A stretch of DNA of 63,706 nucleotides, filler included, from Conidiobolus incongruus B7586 (taxonomy: Eukaryota): NCBI GenBank assembly GCA_000697335.1. It is 8 parts of 8 records of this genome, joined end to end, with 100 filler letters (N's around TTAATTAATTAA, not from the genome) between each part and the next. Parts side by side here need not be neighbours in the genome. Positions count along the whole stretch, not along the records: positions 1 to 11,704 come from JNEM01006051.1; positions 11,805 to 16,918 come from JNEM01006055.1; 6 more parts are not named here. One strand, 5' to 3'. This document shows, in pieces, positions 1 to 11,950 of the stretch (its first letter is position 1; each line of letters starts with the position of its first letter). The position numbers and the translations under genes are program-made. Below the pieces are notes generated by a model. That model searched no databases and had not been told where the DNA came from. It saw only the letters and a program-made list of their open reading frames with translations.

Positions 1-16
1 TAAAACCCCCCGGTAT

Positions 17-351
17 TGTCACGAGTCAGGTGACTCTCCTCCCACGTAATATGCTTACTTCAACTGAATATAAGGGTCATTCCCCCCCTCATGTGACCAA
101 CCACTTCAACCCTATCCTTTAATCAGCTAATGATACAACCCTCCAGAAAACTCCAGAAACCTACTACTCTATGCACTATATATAGAACCCAGAAACAGAG
201 CTATACTACAGAGAAGGAGTTTGATCTGGGTCCTCCCAGCTATTTGGCTTAAATCAATAAACCCCCTATCTCCCTAACCTTTACCTGGAAATCCCTAGAT
301 CTCTCTCTTTTGCTTATACTATTCCGGACGCGGCTTTCCCAAGACGTGTTA
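17..351 (+). mobile_element. Solo LTR (family A, copy 1), 335 bp, 4-bp TSD GTAT
   Basis: Starts TGTCACG and ends CGTGTTA (degenerate inverted terminus). GTAT lies at 13-16 and 352-355. Internal TATA-like box (~178) and AATAAA (256-261). Aligns by eye with 41184-41494 and with the reverse complement of 38999-39309. Confidence 0.85.
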
Positions 352-2780
352 GTATAAATCAATTTAATTTAATCTGAAACTTTGTTGAGACTAAATTTGA
401 CGGGATAAACTAAGTTTTATTATTTTGAAATTTTATACTAATGGAATGAAACTGATCGTTTGAATAGTAATATTTAAGTAATAGCGATCAAATATCCATA
501 AATCTCTAATTGATAAAAAAATTCATATTGTTTTCTATTATATTATTTTCATTATTATAATTTTGTTGATGTGGCATTATCTGAAAAAAGCTATTTATCA
601 ATGGCAACTTTCAAGTCATATATTTGAAGATCAATATATTAACAAAGGTTTTACGCCAATAAATATAATAAACATTTAATTAACACGGATATAATATACT
701 CTTTAATTTGTTCTATATTTCACAATTTTGATAATAAAAATTTTTACTTTTTAAAATTGAAAAACTTGTATAATATAATTATTTGAAATTATTTTTCTTG
801 GGTAAAGATAATTTGACTATAATAATATATTTTTGAAAAGATCTTGATTATCAAGTAAATCAACATCATAAAGCTATATTTCTATATGGAGTATATTTAG
901 CAAAATTGAAAAATATGAGAGGTGAAATAATTGGAAAAAACAATATTAATTGACATGAGGATTAAATTAAATTTATATTAAGTTTCATAAATTCAAAATA
1001 ATATGAGTCATCAAGACTAGCCATTACCAGTATGATACATTTATTGGGTGATCATTGAAATGACTTGTTCACCAGTCTGACTGAATTCACATTCAATTGA
1101 TGACTATCATATTAATCATTCGCCAATTTTTTTTCATATGTTCTATAGTTTCTGATATTAAGGTTTTAAGGTATTCAAAGTGTCAAAATCCTTATCCAAT
1201 TGATTTAAATTTTATGTATAAAAATATTGATTGGATAAAACGATATTGACTACAAATGATTAATATTGCTTGGGTTTTCAACTTGAAAATTGAAGAATAT
1301 TATGCAGCATATTAACAAATTAAAAACTTTTTTCCATTTAATCCAAGTATCAATTAGGTTAATCTTGAAATATCTATAATTTTAATTAATCGGCTATTAT
1401 GCAGGATCTATAAAAATCTTCACATTAATTAATTTTTAATTGATATTAGTACACTGATTAATATAGGCTAGTTCAAATTTATTTCCAAAGTCTCTCTCAT
1501 AATTAATTTAGTTTTTTTGTACAAATATTTAAATAAGTTATTTTTCTGTAATTAAATTAAACTCTGTTATTAGAAGCATTCCTCCCTATTTGGTAAAGTA
1601 ATTAAATCAGAGTTGGCAAACTTTTGGCTTTTTCGAAAAGAGATAAAAATTCACTTTGCTATTTTATTAACACATCATTTCACACTTATAATCATTTAAT
1701 CGGGTATTTTGTTTAGCTAAAAAAATAAAATTTTCAAAAAAGGATTATTTATTTATTTATTAATTAGAATATATTGGTTTTAAAAAATTATATAAACTTA
1801 CAGCTTATATATCATATTATTAAAAAGTGTTGATAAAATGATCTTTATTAATATTATTGCATTAAATCCCAAGTTTATATTATATCTTGAAAATAGATTT
1901 TCATCATAAGTTATAATGAAGTAAATCTTCAATTTCAAATTATTCACTTTTTTACCAAACTTATTCAAAGCATTGTATTTTATCAAAAGGTGGACAATAT
2001 ATAAGTGATTGGAAATTTGATTTAAAATTGAGTATATATTTTGATCAAATAATAAATTAAATAGGCTATTAAATTTTTCAAATAAATTTTTGCAATATGA
2101 TAATTGAATATAATAAAAATTTTCAAATTATAATGTGTTGCATAACATAATTGGAAAAATGTCATATATTTCAAAAAAAACACCTGATGTCAACACTGAA
2201 TTAAATTGATATTAGCAATAATTTTAACACATTTGACCTGAAATTCGTTTACGAATGTTATCTTATTGGTTGATTGTATCAATCTTCTTACCCAGGACAT
2301 TGTGATAGCTTAGTACATCTGGTACCTCATAACTTGTAGACATTTTCGTATCATAGGGTTCCAACATAATTGATTATAACTAAGTTGTTCCTATTTATTA
2401 TCAAATTTTCAATTTAGATACAATCAAATAGATTAAAATTGGAAGTAAGGAAATAAGCTTTATATATAATTAATATCATAATTTTTATAATTATATGCTT
2501 TACAAAAAATAAAATTTAAAAATAATTAACCTTAAACGATATTATGATTCAGTTCAAAAAATGTAATACCTGGATTAGAATGACTCATACTTATCTCCTT
2601 TGACTGATGCTAAACACATATTGTATTGATCTACTTCAATTTTTAATTTTCAGAAATAAATTTTTTTATCACACTATTCTAAATAATCATATTTCTATTC
2701 ATAATTCAATATCCATAAAGATACTATTTCTAATTCAATTTTTTCTTAATAAATAGTAATTATCAAATTGAAATTATTGA

Positions 2781-2783
<3 letters not shown>

Positions 2784-2811
<28 letters not shown>
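2784..2811. repeat. (TA)n microsatellite
   Basis: Perfect TA run; similar runs near 4744, 37543 and 44972. Confidence 0.9.
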
Positions 2812-3129
2812 GCATAAAATAAAATTACTAATAAATGATGAATGAAAATATAATAACATAATTATTATTAAATAAATATGAGACAATATACATTTAATAG
2901 TACATTAATATTAAAAATTAGAATTTAAATATTTCTCTAACCTAAATTACATTCAAAAATATGAATCAACAATTTAAAATATTAGTAAAAATCCCATAAT
3001 AATATCAATGAATAACATGAATATAAAGATATGTCAATGCAGAGTCATTAATTTTAACAATTTAAAATAAAATTGAATAAAAGTTCATTCAATTAAATTA
3101 TTAAACCAGTTTAATATAAAATTATACTA

Positions 3130-4350
3130 ATGAATGATAATAATAATAATAATAAATTGAAAAAGAATTTCATTATACGTAATATCGATGCTCCAGTTAC
3201 TAGTTTAAATTATTTTAAAATTAATTTAAATAACTGGAAGAATTTGTTAATTGTAGGGTAAAATGATTTCATATTTTGTTGATATTTTGAGCTGATTAAT
3301 ATAATTATTAGCGATGAAAATGGCCAAATTTATATCTTTAATTTAATTAATTATAGGATGGTACTCAACTGGAGGGCGCATCAATCAAGTATATTAAGTG
3401 TACAGTCCTTTGACAACGGAATTTTTACTACTTATGGAAGGGGCGAAAGCTTAAAGTTTTGGAAGTTAGCTGATCAGTCAAATGCTCGATGCTTGTTTGA
3501 GCTGCCTGTTGAATGCATCAATTTTTCTAATGCTTCAATCGTTCAGTTGGATCACTACCAATTTTTAGTTGCTTCTCCTAAAGATGAGTCATTTCAATTG
3601 TCTTATGTGACCTTAGATTTGGATAACTTTAATGGTTCAATTCGTCAGTCAAAACTCTATGAGCCTTATAATCGTGGTCAAGTTACTACAATGAAATTAG
3701 TTCAAGACCCCTCAACTCCTAATTATGCTAAACTATTTGTTGGGTTTGAGCAAGGAACAATTGCAATTTACAGTATCCAATATGATATATTTTATTCCCT
3801 TTCCATTGCCGAATTATGTAATAGTCAATTTCACCAAGAGCCTGGTAATTATATATCATAATTTAAATCATTGACTGATACTGAATAGTTAATTAGTTAC
3901 AAGAATTACAATATCAAAAGACTGTCAATTTGGATATTCCGTATCTGCTGATGATTTAATATGCAGGTTTAGTATCAATCAACAAGTAAGCATCTTACAA
4001 ATATTTTTATTTATTATATTTAACGAAATACTTAGGATACAATTGAGATTTGTAATCAATACAAATTATCAACTCCTGGACTGAATGATATAATATATTC
4101 TTTGAATACTCCTACTATAATTGCGACAGGAGGATGGGATAATTCAGTCAGATTATTCACAAAATCATTGAAGCCATTGACTAGCATTGAATTTCATAAA
4201 GATTCAATCAGTTGTATCGAAATGACTGATAAGTTTTATGTTTCAAAACAGTTTAATTTATCAACTGGTCAAGTTGAAAGTAAACAAATTTCTCTAATCA
4301 TTGTTGGATCTCATGATTCTTTAATTTCTATTTGGGAATATAATCAATAA
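3130..4350 (+). CDS. ASA1: ASTRA-associated WD40 protein (Asa1/GNB1L family), 4 exons: 3130-3257, 3312-3844, 3897-3985, 4036-4350
   Basis: GT-AG introns join one frame: ...LLIVGDENGQIYIFNL...WRAHQSSIL...TYGR...LPVECINFS...HQEPV...IATGGWDNSVRLF...FHKDSI...GSHDSLISIWEY. This matches the Asa1/GNB1L pattern. Confidence 0.8.
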
Positions 4351-5565
4351 AAATTTGAACATATTAGAAATATTTTTTATTATATATATTATTCAAATTT
4401 TGTATATCAGTAAAAGTAGGGGTAATAGATTTTAATGATTTAAAAATTCATATTGTTTAAAATATTATATAATATTAAAGAAAAATACTGGTAAAATTCA
4501 ATGAGTTTACTATTAAATAAATTAATATAAAAATAATATTGTGTTTTAAAGTAGGCTATATACAAAATAGATCAAGTATATTACAGTAATTTAAAATAAA
4601 TATATTCTGTTTTTTTTTAAAAAAAATGACGCATTTGTCAATATTACATAATCTATACTTTAACTATACAATTATTGTGTCCCATTTTCAAGAAAAATCA
4701 TATATTGAATTAATATTTATCAGATTTAATCATATTTAACAGTTATATATATATATATATATAATCTTGTTACTAAAGCATTTGATATTTATAATCAAAG
4801 AACAATAGTAATATTCTTAGTGTTTATCAATCGAAAAAATGATTTGATTAATATGGTCCATTGCTAACTACTCTGATATTCTCATAATGACTAAATTGGC
4901 TTCTTTTTAATTGTTTTATTTTTAATAGGGGAGTTGATTGTATAATATCCGACTTAGATTTAGCTTTTAACCAATGATATACATATTATATCATCTAATA
5001 ATATATTTTCATTATAATTATCTTTTATAATTTAAAATATATTTTCAAAATTGATGCTTAACAATCAAAGAATTTCACGAATGATATTTATAAAACTTTA
5101 ATATATTCTCAAATATGTAAAAATAGCTTTTGTTTGAATATCAGAATTGGGTAATTGCTTTATAATGTAATAAACTTTAGTTAGCAATTATATTGTATAT
5201 TAGAGGAATTTCCTGTAAACCTCATTTAAGAATTAGAGGTAAATGAAGAGAATATATAGCTGTTGCAAATATTTTTATACTTTATTCTAAAATAATTCTA
5301 TTAATCATTGTGTCTTAATTAATCATAACTCTAAGTATAATTATTAAATCTAGTATATGATATTATTCCGATTATATATTAGTCTAATGGTATAATAGTA
5401 ATTAAATTTAACAGTAACTCTGAATTTTTTTAAATTATCAACCCACAAATAAACTAAAATTTAAGATCCAATTTGATAGCCAAGTTTTGAAAATTCCTTT
5501 CGGATAATAAATTTAAAATATGTAAATTATCTAAAAACTCAGTTATCTTTCTTTAATTATTCATT

Positions 5566-7314
5566 ATGGAACCCCCATTAAAAGAGAACGTTGCACTACC
5601 TAAGCTTTTAACTAATGACTCTTTAGCTGTATTTTTAAATAAGAATAATCTTAGCTTTCAACTAACTCCAAGTTCTGGAAGAGGTATCATAGCTTTGAAA
5701 AAATTCAGTAGCAATGAGCTCATTTTAAAATCCTCTCCATTATCCTTTATACCTGGTGAAAATTCTGTTGATAAAGATGTGTGTGGTCAGTGTTGTATAA
5801 AACTTAGTGACTCTAACAGGTTTTGGTGTAGTGGGTGTAAATCGATAGCGTACTGTGACCAACCATGTCAATTAGCCAGTTGGATTATGGGCCATAAATG
5901 GGAATGTCAATTTTATCAACAACAGATATTGAAGCACAATAAACAAGCTCAAAATGTAGTCTCTAAAGCTAATCTTACTAGATGGAGAGAAGATACTACT
6001 GCTAACTGGACAGAGGTGGTAATGCTGAGGAGGGTTTGTTTATCCTTATGGGCGTTAAACTACTTAGAAATCAAGGCTGAACAGCTGACTAAAAATGAAA
6101 AGCAGGTTTATATCCGACTCAAATTACTTTGGAAAGCTCAGTCGCTTCTAGTCTCTCATATCAATGACTTTTCTCCTGATCAGTTGGCTCATTTTGAAAA
6201 AATTGCGAAAAAGGTTCGACATCAACTAGAATTAATCCTGCCTAGGTATCGATTTGATAACTTTGGATGGTTACCCAATTTGAGTGAATTGATTAAGCTT
6301 CAAGCCCAATTCCATTGTAATAACTTTGATATTCACGATTCCCAATTATACGTCATAGGTCAGGGTACTTTCCCCATTGGATCTCTATTTAATCATTCAT
6401 GCTCTCCGAATGTTCTAGTGTTGTACCACCATGATTCAGATCATATTACCCAAAGAATGATATCTCTATGCCCTATAGCAAAGGGTCAAGAGCTAACCAT
6501 TTGTTATATCGATCTTATATATTCTAGGCAAAGAAGGCAGCTTTTGCTCAATGCTAAATACTTTTTCAATTGTAGTTGTAACAGATGTTTCAATGAGAAT
6601 GAAGATCATGATAGATTAGCTAAATGGATCGGGCTTTATAAAGATCACACTCCATGTCATTCCCCTTTATATTCAGCCAAATTCAATAATGACCATTTGA
6701 GGTTAGTGCTTCAAAATTTTGACATAGAAGAACATCGCTTATCAGATAATTCACTGGATGATTTGGTTACTTTAGTCAAATATATTTACATTAAGCATCC
6801 AAAAGGAAAGCAATCAACTCCTCCGCCACCACAAAAGGAATTAATTAAATCAATTATCCAGCTCTTTATTCAAGATATTATCTTGCCAATTGAAAAATCT
6901 ACTCCTCCAAAAATATCAAAACAAGTGTTGGATCATTTAACAACAAGTTCTGCTGAATTTCAGCAACTCACCTCCGATTTTTCGTCCAATTTAAATTCCT
7001 CAGATTGGCTTAAAAGTATTATCCTTGGTTTACCCATTCTCACTATTTATTACTTGAGCTATCCTCTCTATCATCCTATTATTTCTCTTCATTATTTAAC
7101 ATTAACCAAAGCCCTGTATAACTATGCACCTCAATATCTTAAAGCATATCCTAATGACATGGCTCTAGTTTATTCTGCTCTAGGTCAATGGCTCAAAAGA
7201 GCTGAGAGAATGAAAGAATTACACGTTAGCGAATCAGATTGCTTGATCATAGATCTGAATCAATTGAGATCTGATATTACAAAAGAAATTTCTATTACGT
7301 CTAGAAATATGTAA
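5566..7314 (+). CDS. SMYD-family SET/MYND protein lysine methyltransferase
   Basis: GRGIIA (SET-N), MYND finger CGQC...CSGC...YC...CQ...W..HKWEC, FNHSCSPN, ELTICY, post-SET YFFNCSCNRC. Single exon. Confidence 0.92.
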   Translation: MEPPLKENVALPKLLTNDSLAVFLNKNNLSFQLTPSSGRGIIALKKFSSNELILKSSPLSFIPGENSVDKDVCGQCCIKLSDSNRFWCSGCKSIAYCDQPCQLASWIMGHKWECQFYQQQILKHNKQAQNVVSKANLTRWREDTTANWTEVVMLRRVCLSLWALNYLEIKAEQLTKNEKQVYIRLKLLWKAQSLLVSHINDFSPDQLAHFEKIAKKVRHQLELILPRYRFDNFGWLPNLSELIKLQAQFHCNNFDIHDSQLYVIGQGTFPIGSLFNHSCSPNVLVLYHHDSDHITQRMISLCPIAKGQELTICYIDLIYSRQRRQLLLNAKYFFNCSCNRCFNENEDHDRLAKWIGLYKDHTPCHSPLYSAKFNNDHLRLVLQNFDIEEHRLSDNSLDDLVTLVKYIYIKHPKGKQSTPPPPQKELIKSIIQLFIQDIILPIEKSTPPKISKQVLDHLTTSSAEFQQLTSDFSSNLNSSDWLKSIILGLPILTIYYLSYPLYHPIISLHYLTLTKALYNYAPQYLKAYPNDMALVYSALGQWLKRAERMKELHVSESDCLIIDLNQLRSDITKEISITSRNM

Positions 7315-7473
7315 ATTTTGATTTATAGTTGTTATAATTCCTCTTAATAAATATTAGATTAGCTCAATTATTAAAATATTATAACCATATTAATTTTAAC
7401 AAATTTTTAATATTTTATTCTTAAATCATTTACATCTGAGACTGAAAAAAAAATTTTAGTGTAAGATTTGAAT

Positions 7474-7514
7474 TCACGTGATCCGGTTGACCAAAAGATT
7501 TGATTGGTCAAATC
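7474..7514 (+). promoter_or_regulatory. E-box TCACGTGA plus inverted CCAAT box inside overlapping short inverted repeats, upstream of SNAPC3
   Basis: TCACGTGA at 7474-7481; TTGACCAA (7487)...TTGGTCAA (7504); ATTGG at 7503-7507. Lies ~110-150 bp upstream of ATG 7622. Function is inferred. Confidence 0.4.
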
Positions 7515-7621
7515 GCATCTCGTTTAAACTTAAAAATGTTGTCATTCATTTTTTTATTTTTATCACTTTCTTTATCAATTTGGCAATATCAATAATTTTA
7601 AAATAATATTATAATTGAATA

Positions 7622-9232
7622 ATGAGATTACATCCAAATGCATCACATTTGATTGACCCAGTTGCTTTTGCAAAAGAGTTCACAGAAGCTTTAGAATTAA
7701 CTGATACTCAACCTGATTATTATAGTTTGTTAAAATCTCAGCCTATATTCCAACAAATTGAGGCGAGGTGTAAAATTCCAGAACGTTGCGCATTGCCCAA
7801 CCAACTTTTTGCCGATCCTTCTTTATACTTCCAGTGGAAATATAATCGTGAAGAAAAGGTCAAATCTAAAGCTTCAAAGCAGATTAAAACTATCAAAACT
7901 AATGCTAATAAGAATCAACCTATGAATCCTCCTAAACCTTTCTTAACGGATTTTGTTAAAGAAGATTTGGAATCCGCTAGTAGAACAAGGATTGCCCCAG
8001 TGAGTGCCAATAAAAGAGCCAAACTTAATAACCTTAAAGTTGATACAAGAGCAACCAACCAACATAATGAGCGCGAAGATTCTCCTCTATCGCCTTTGAC
8101 AGATTTATCAAACGATTCTGGAGGTGAAGAAAATAAAAAATCTAACACTGCCTCTTCCACAAATCCTCATGTTAAGGGTGAAAATGGTGATGAGCCTCCT
8201 TCTCCTAAATACAAAGGATTGGTATTTCCTCCTAACCACCCCATGACCCAAGTTCCTCCTGAGTTACATCTTCAATCTCTGGGAAGCATTGATGTTAATA
8301 ATTTACTCACTAATACTGCGTTAACTCTAGAGCAGCGTTTACATAATTTAATCTTTTTATTAGATTCTTCCAGAATTCGCTCCGTTCAAGAGTTGAATCG
8401 TCATGAACTAGTTGGAAAACAAAGAGTGGAAATGAATTACTTACCTTCTACGAAAACTAAACCAAGACATCACTCTAACCCTAATCAAATGCTCAATCGC
8501 TCTGTACCAGTATTTTCTATTGCTATTTTCTTCCCTAACAAGAAGCCCCAGTATCGTATGCAAGAATTTTTACTCTTGGGATCTCAGCCCTTGACTGATT
8601 TAAGAGATGCACTATACTGTCTATCTGATTTTGTAGCATCAGCGATTGAGCCACCATGCCCATCTAAACCAGGTGCTGCTTTACAGAATGAAAAGGTTGA
8701 ACGTCTCAATTCCCGCCAAAAGAAAATGTCTTCTTCATATTTCTTTGTTGAAGATGTGTTTTATTGTGATACGAGAGCAGATAAGAGTGAAGATTATGCC
8801 AACACAATTATTGAATGGAGTAATGATCCAGCTCGTCAGTCTCAGCCTAATAATCCATTTAAGAATCTCAAATTGGCTCATGCTGAATCCGTATGCTTCC
8901 AAGATCTCGCATGGAGAATTGACCAACCCTATTTATTCACACATCAAGGAAATTGTGAACATATTTTCATAGTGAAGGAAATTCGACTCTTGGATCCTAA
9001 GATTGATGACACAGTCTATGATGCTTATCCTAAACCTGTATTTATGTCCAAGATTAATAGACACAAGTGTCAAATGTGTAACTTATTCCCTGCTAAATAC
9101 ATCACTGTAGGAGATATCCATGCTGGTGAATCACCTTGTTTCTTCTGTGAACATTGTTTTGATCCGTTTCACTTTGATGAGGATGGTCAACCACTTTATG
9201 ATTTTGCTACTTATTTTTATGCTTATGATTAA
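7622..9232 (+). CDS. SNAPC3: snRNA-activating protein complex subunit 3 (SNAP50)
   Basis: SNAP50 C-terminal domain motifs: QEFLLLGSQPLTDLRDALYC, SSYFFVEDVFYCDTR, YLFTHQGNCEH, CQMC...SPCFFCEHCFDPFH. Confidence 0.9.
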   Translation: MRLHPNASHLIDPVAFAKEFTEALELTDTQPDYYSLLKSQPIFQQIEARCKIPERCALPNQLFADPSLYFQWKYNREEKVKSKASKQIKTIKTNANKNQPMNPPKPFLTDFVKEDLESASRTRIAPVSANKRAKLNNLKVDTRATNQHNEREDSPLSPLTDLSNDSGGEENKKSNTASSTNPHVKGENGDEPPSPKYKGLVFPPNHPMTQVPPELHLQSLGSIDVNNLLTNTALTLEQRLHNLIFLLDSSRIRSVQELNRHELVGKQRVEMNYLPSTKTKPRHHSNPNQMLNRSVPVFSIAIFFPNKKPQYRMQEFLLLGSQPLTDLRDALYCLSDFVASAIEPPCPSKPGAALQNEKVERLNSRQKKMSSSYFFVEDVFYCDTRADKSEDYANTIIEWSNDPARQSQPNNPFKNLKLAHAESVCFQDLAWRIDQPYLFTHQGNCEHIFIVKEIRLLDPKIDDTVYDAYPKPVFMSKINRHKCQMCNLFPAKYITVGDIHAGESPCFFCEHCFDPFHFDEDGQPLYDFATYFYAYD

Positions 9233-9611
9233 TTCATTTCTATTGATGCATTTATTGAATATATGCTTTATAATAAATTTTCTTTTATATTACTATATTA
9301 ATTATTTTTAATTTGATAACATTTCTGACTCATATAGCTAACTAAAACGCACATATATAATATATAATTTTAAATTTCAAATTTCGAAATCAAAAATATT
9401 AAATATTTTTAATATAAAATAATTATTTTATTCAATAAATAATAGTATCTAAAATTTGAATTTCATAAACAGATAAATTATTATTAAATTATTTCGAAAC
9501 TAAGTAATTTAAAGTTTTATTTATATTGTATATATTTATAAAAGCTGAAAATTATTATCTAAAAAATAGAATTTTTATTCAAATAGAAAGAAAGAAAATT
9601 TGAGATTTGAA

Positions 9612-11704
9612 TTATTCAAGAGGTCGATTAGATTGTCTATATTGGTTGAGAGCTTCTTCAACTTTGGTAAAAAACCATTTTTTGGCAGCTGCTTCAGTGA
9701 TGGGAATAAAAGGACCAGGCTCTCCATTGTTGAGAATAAACTGAATTCCATTATTGACCATATCGACAGTATGTAATTCAGCTAAGGCAATATCCCATTC
9801 TAAAGTAAGTTGCTTGGAACGAAGGAGTAATACTCTGTTACCAGTCAGCATGATTACATTTTGCGAGCTTCTAAGATCATAATGTGCGATATAATGCTCA
9901 GAGAAATATTTACCATCCTTAACTTCTTTGAGCCAGGACTGGCCTAAAGCCTCTCGTTGAGAATATGGTTTTAAGACACCATCTGGCCCAATATATCTTG
10001 TTAGACGAACACGGTCAATATCGGTACCATCAAACACAGTTGTGGTATTACGAATTCCTTCTGCGACATTACTAGCAAGATCAAAAACACCAACAACTGG
10101 TTTGGCAACAGCTCCAACTAAACCTTTACCAATACCCTTGAAGAAACCACCAACACCCTCTTTTTCAGCACCTTCAATGGGTCTCATCAAAACACCAGTT
10201 AAGCCACTAGCTACACTCGATCCAAAAGAGTTGGCACCTTGGGCAACACCGTATAAGGCATGCTTAGGCCTATTCCTGACTCTTGTCATTCTACGTCTAT
10301 CTTGGTATGCTTTATCCATAGTAACGACAGAGAGACCTTTACCCAAACTCTCAGTAATTTTACTGAGTGAATCGGATAAACCGAATACAGTCTTTTTAAC
10401 GAAGGAACTAGTGCCTCTAGCCAGCCCAATACCAAAATCTTGAGGTCTATCGCTCATTACGAAGCCTTGATAAGGCTCATAGAATATATCAACGACACCA
10501 CTGCTTAAGTTATTGAATAAGCCTACTGGATTCCCAATGACATCAGCAGAACCTACAATTTTATGTATCTGGAACAAGAATTCTTGGCTGTAGTAACTGG
10601 AGAATCGATTCACCAATACAGGATAAGTAGCCAACAAATTTTCAAGCACTAGAGCATTGAATTTAATTGGTGCATCGTTGATACTACCAATTGTCATAGT
10701 GAGGACATTAAATAAGAAGGTAATTGGATTATGTGAAGGCGGTGGATTTTCTTCTTGGTTAATTCTCTCAGTTCGAGTGAAGGAGATATTAAACTTCAGT
10801 GGTTGAATATGGAAAACTTCAAAGAATGAGAGATGTTCATCTTCTTGAGCTTTTGGCTCAATAATTTCCATGGAGTGAGGGTCGAGTTCATCATCTTGAG
10901 TAGCTTCAATTTCATGTCCTGGAATACTATATTTAGCGAAATCCAGTAGAGCAAACAAGAAATCTTCGTCCACTTCAAATGACATAGCTTGCATCAAAAA
11001 AGTAACATATTTATAGAATTTAACACCATACGATTCATCTTTAGCTCTAACAGCAATAAATCTAAGAGCAGGATGTAAATTAGATTCGTTGCCATGCTTT
11101 GGAATTTCTGTGGGGTAGAGAATAATGGGGTATAATGCTCCGTATAACTGATTGTCAACTTGAATCCATTTAATACATAAGCTGATAGACTGAGAAGCAT
11201 CAGAATCCTCGAATTTGAAATCAAGTCCTCTGAAGGTTGCATAAATTAATTCTTGATTTCTTCTATTGATTACAGAGACGCCAATTCCTTCCAATTTGAC
11301 TTGGAAAGTGAATGATACTTTGGATTCAGTTTGAACTAACTCAAATCCTTGAGTGGTTCCAGTCCTGGTAATAGTAGTATTTGTAGAAGTAGTAGGGTTA
11401 GAAGCAGGAGCAGGAGCATATGTTGGTTTGAAAACACTCTCATCAGCACGGTAAGGAGTTAATCGAAGCACCATCACAAGGCCTTCAGCTTTAACTTCAA
11501 TAGACATAATATGCGATTGATTTCCAATCTTAAACTTGAAAGGCATGCTAACACCAATTTCTTGGAAATCAATTTCTCTTTGGAATCCGTTTACACTAAT
11601 GACTAACAATTTGTTCTTTTCAGATGGATAATCCCATGAATAAGGCACAATTCTACCAGCAGGAAGACGATATTTAGTGCCTTCAGCAGCTCCAGAAGAT
11701 TGTC
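9612..11704 (-). CDS. VPS13: VPS13 lipid-transfer protein, C-terminal part (5' truncated at contig edge)
   Basis: IKWIQVDNQLYG, GSADVIGNPVGLF, ATG_C-like region GAEKEGVGGFFKGIGKGLVG, C-terminal PH-like region. Confidence 0.95.
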
Positions 11705-11804
11705 NNNNNNNNNNNNNNNNNNNNNNNNNNNNNNNNNNNNNNNNNNNNTTAATTAATTAANNNNNNNNNNNNNNNNNNNNNNNNNNNNNNNNNNNNNNNN
11801 NNNN
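11705..11804. other. Artificial contig spacer (44N-TTAATTAATTAA-44N); identical spacers at 16919-17018, 22287-22386, 37574-37673, 46388-46487, 60020-60119, 61581-61680
   Basis: Seven identical 100-bp blocks with a six-frame stop linker. Genes are cut at their edges. Confidence 0.97.
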
Positions 11805-11887
11805 TTAAAATAGAAATAATATTGGTTTAGCTATCAAACTGGAAGAGATGATTAATTTTGAAATACAACATTATTTCTCCCCCTTTT
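11805..11887 (-). repeat. Polypurine tract (11874-11887) and first 66 bp of the 3' LTR (11805-11870)
   Basis: Minus strand reads AAAAGGGGGAGAAA-TAA-TGTTGTATTTC... just after the integrase. This LTR start differs from family A. Confidence 0.8.
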
Positions 11888-11950
11888 AAACTGATGCAGT
11901 CCTCTATCAGTTATATTCATGTCGCACTATGTTATTCTTACGATATCGTT

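Noticed and set aside
1798..1986. Short AT-rich ORFs (also 26549, 31472, 32809, 33102, 33220, 42972, 48387)
   Set aside because: I/N/K/L/Y/F-rich translations expected from AT-rich intergenic DNA; no motifs.
2200..2635. Exon-like minus-strand segments with GTAAG/CAG splice signals (similar at ~31910-32050)
   Set aside because: No stop-free spliced frame or recognisable product; too weak to call.
10042..10443. Antisense or overlapping ORFs inside VPS13, gag/pol, NIK1, TOP2 and other genes
   Set aside because: Shadow frames of real genes with no independent signal.
11749..11760. TTAATTAATTAA recurring seven times as a biological repeat or CRISPR-like element
   Set aside because: Always centred in identical N blocks; it is a synthetic six-frame stop linker.
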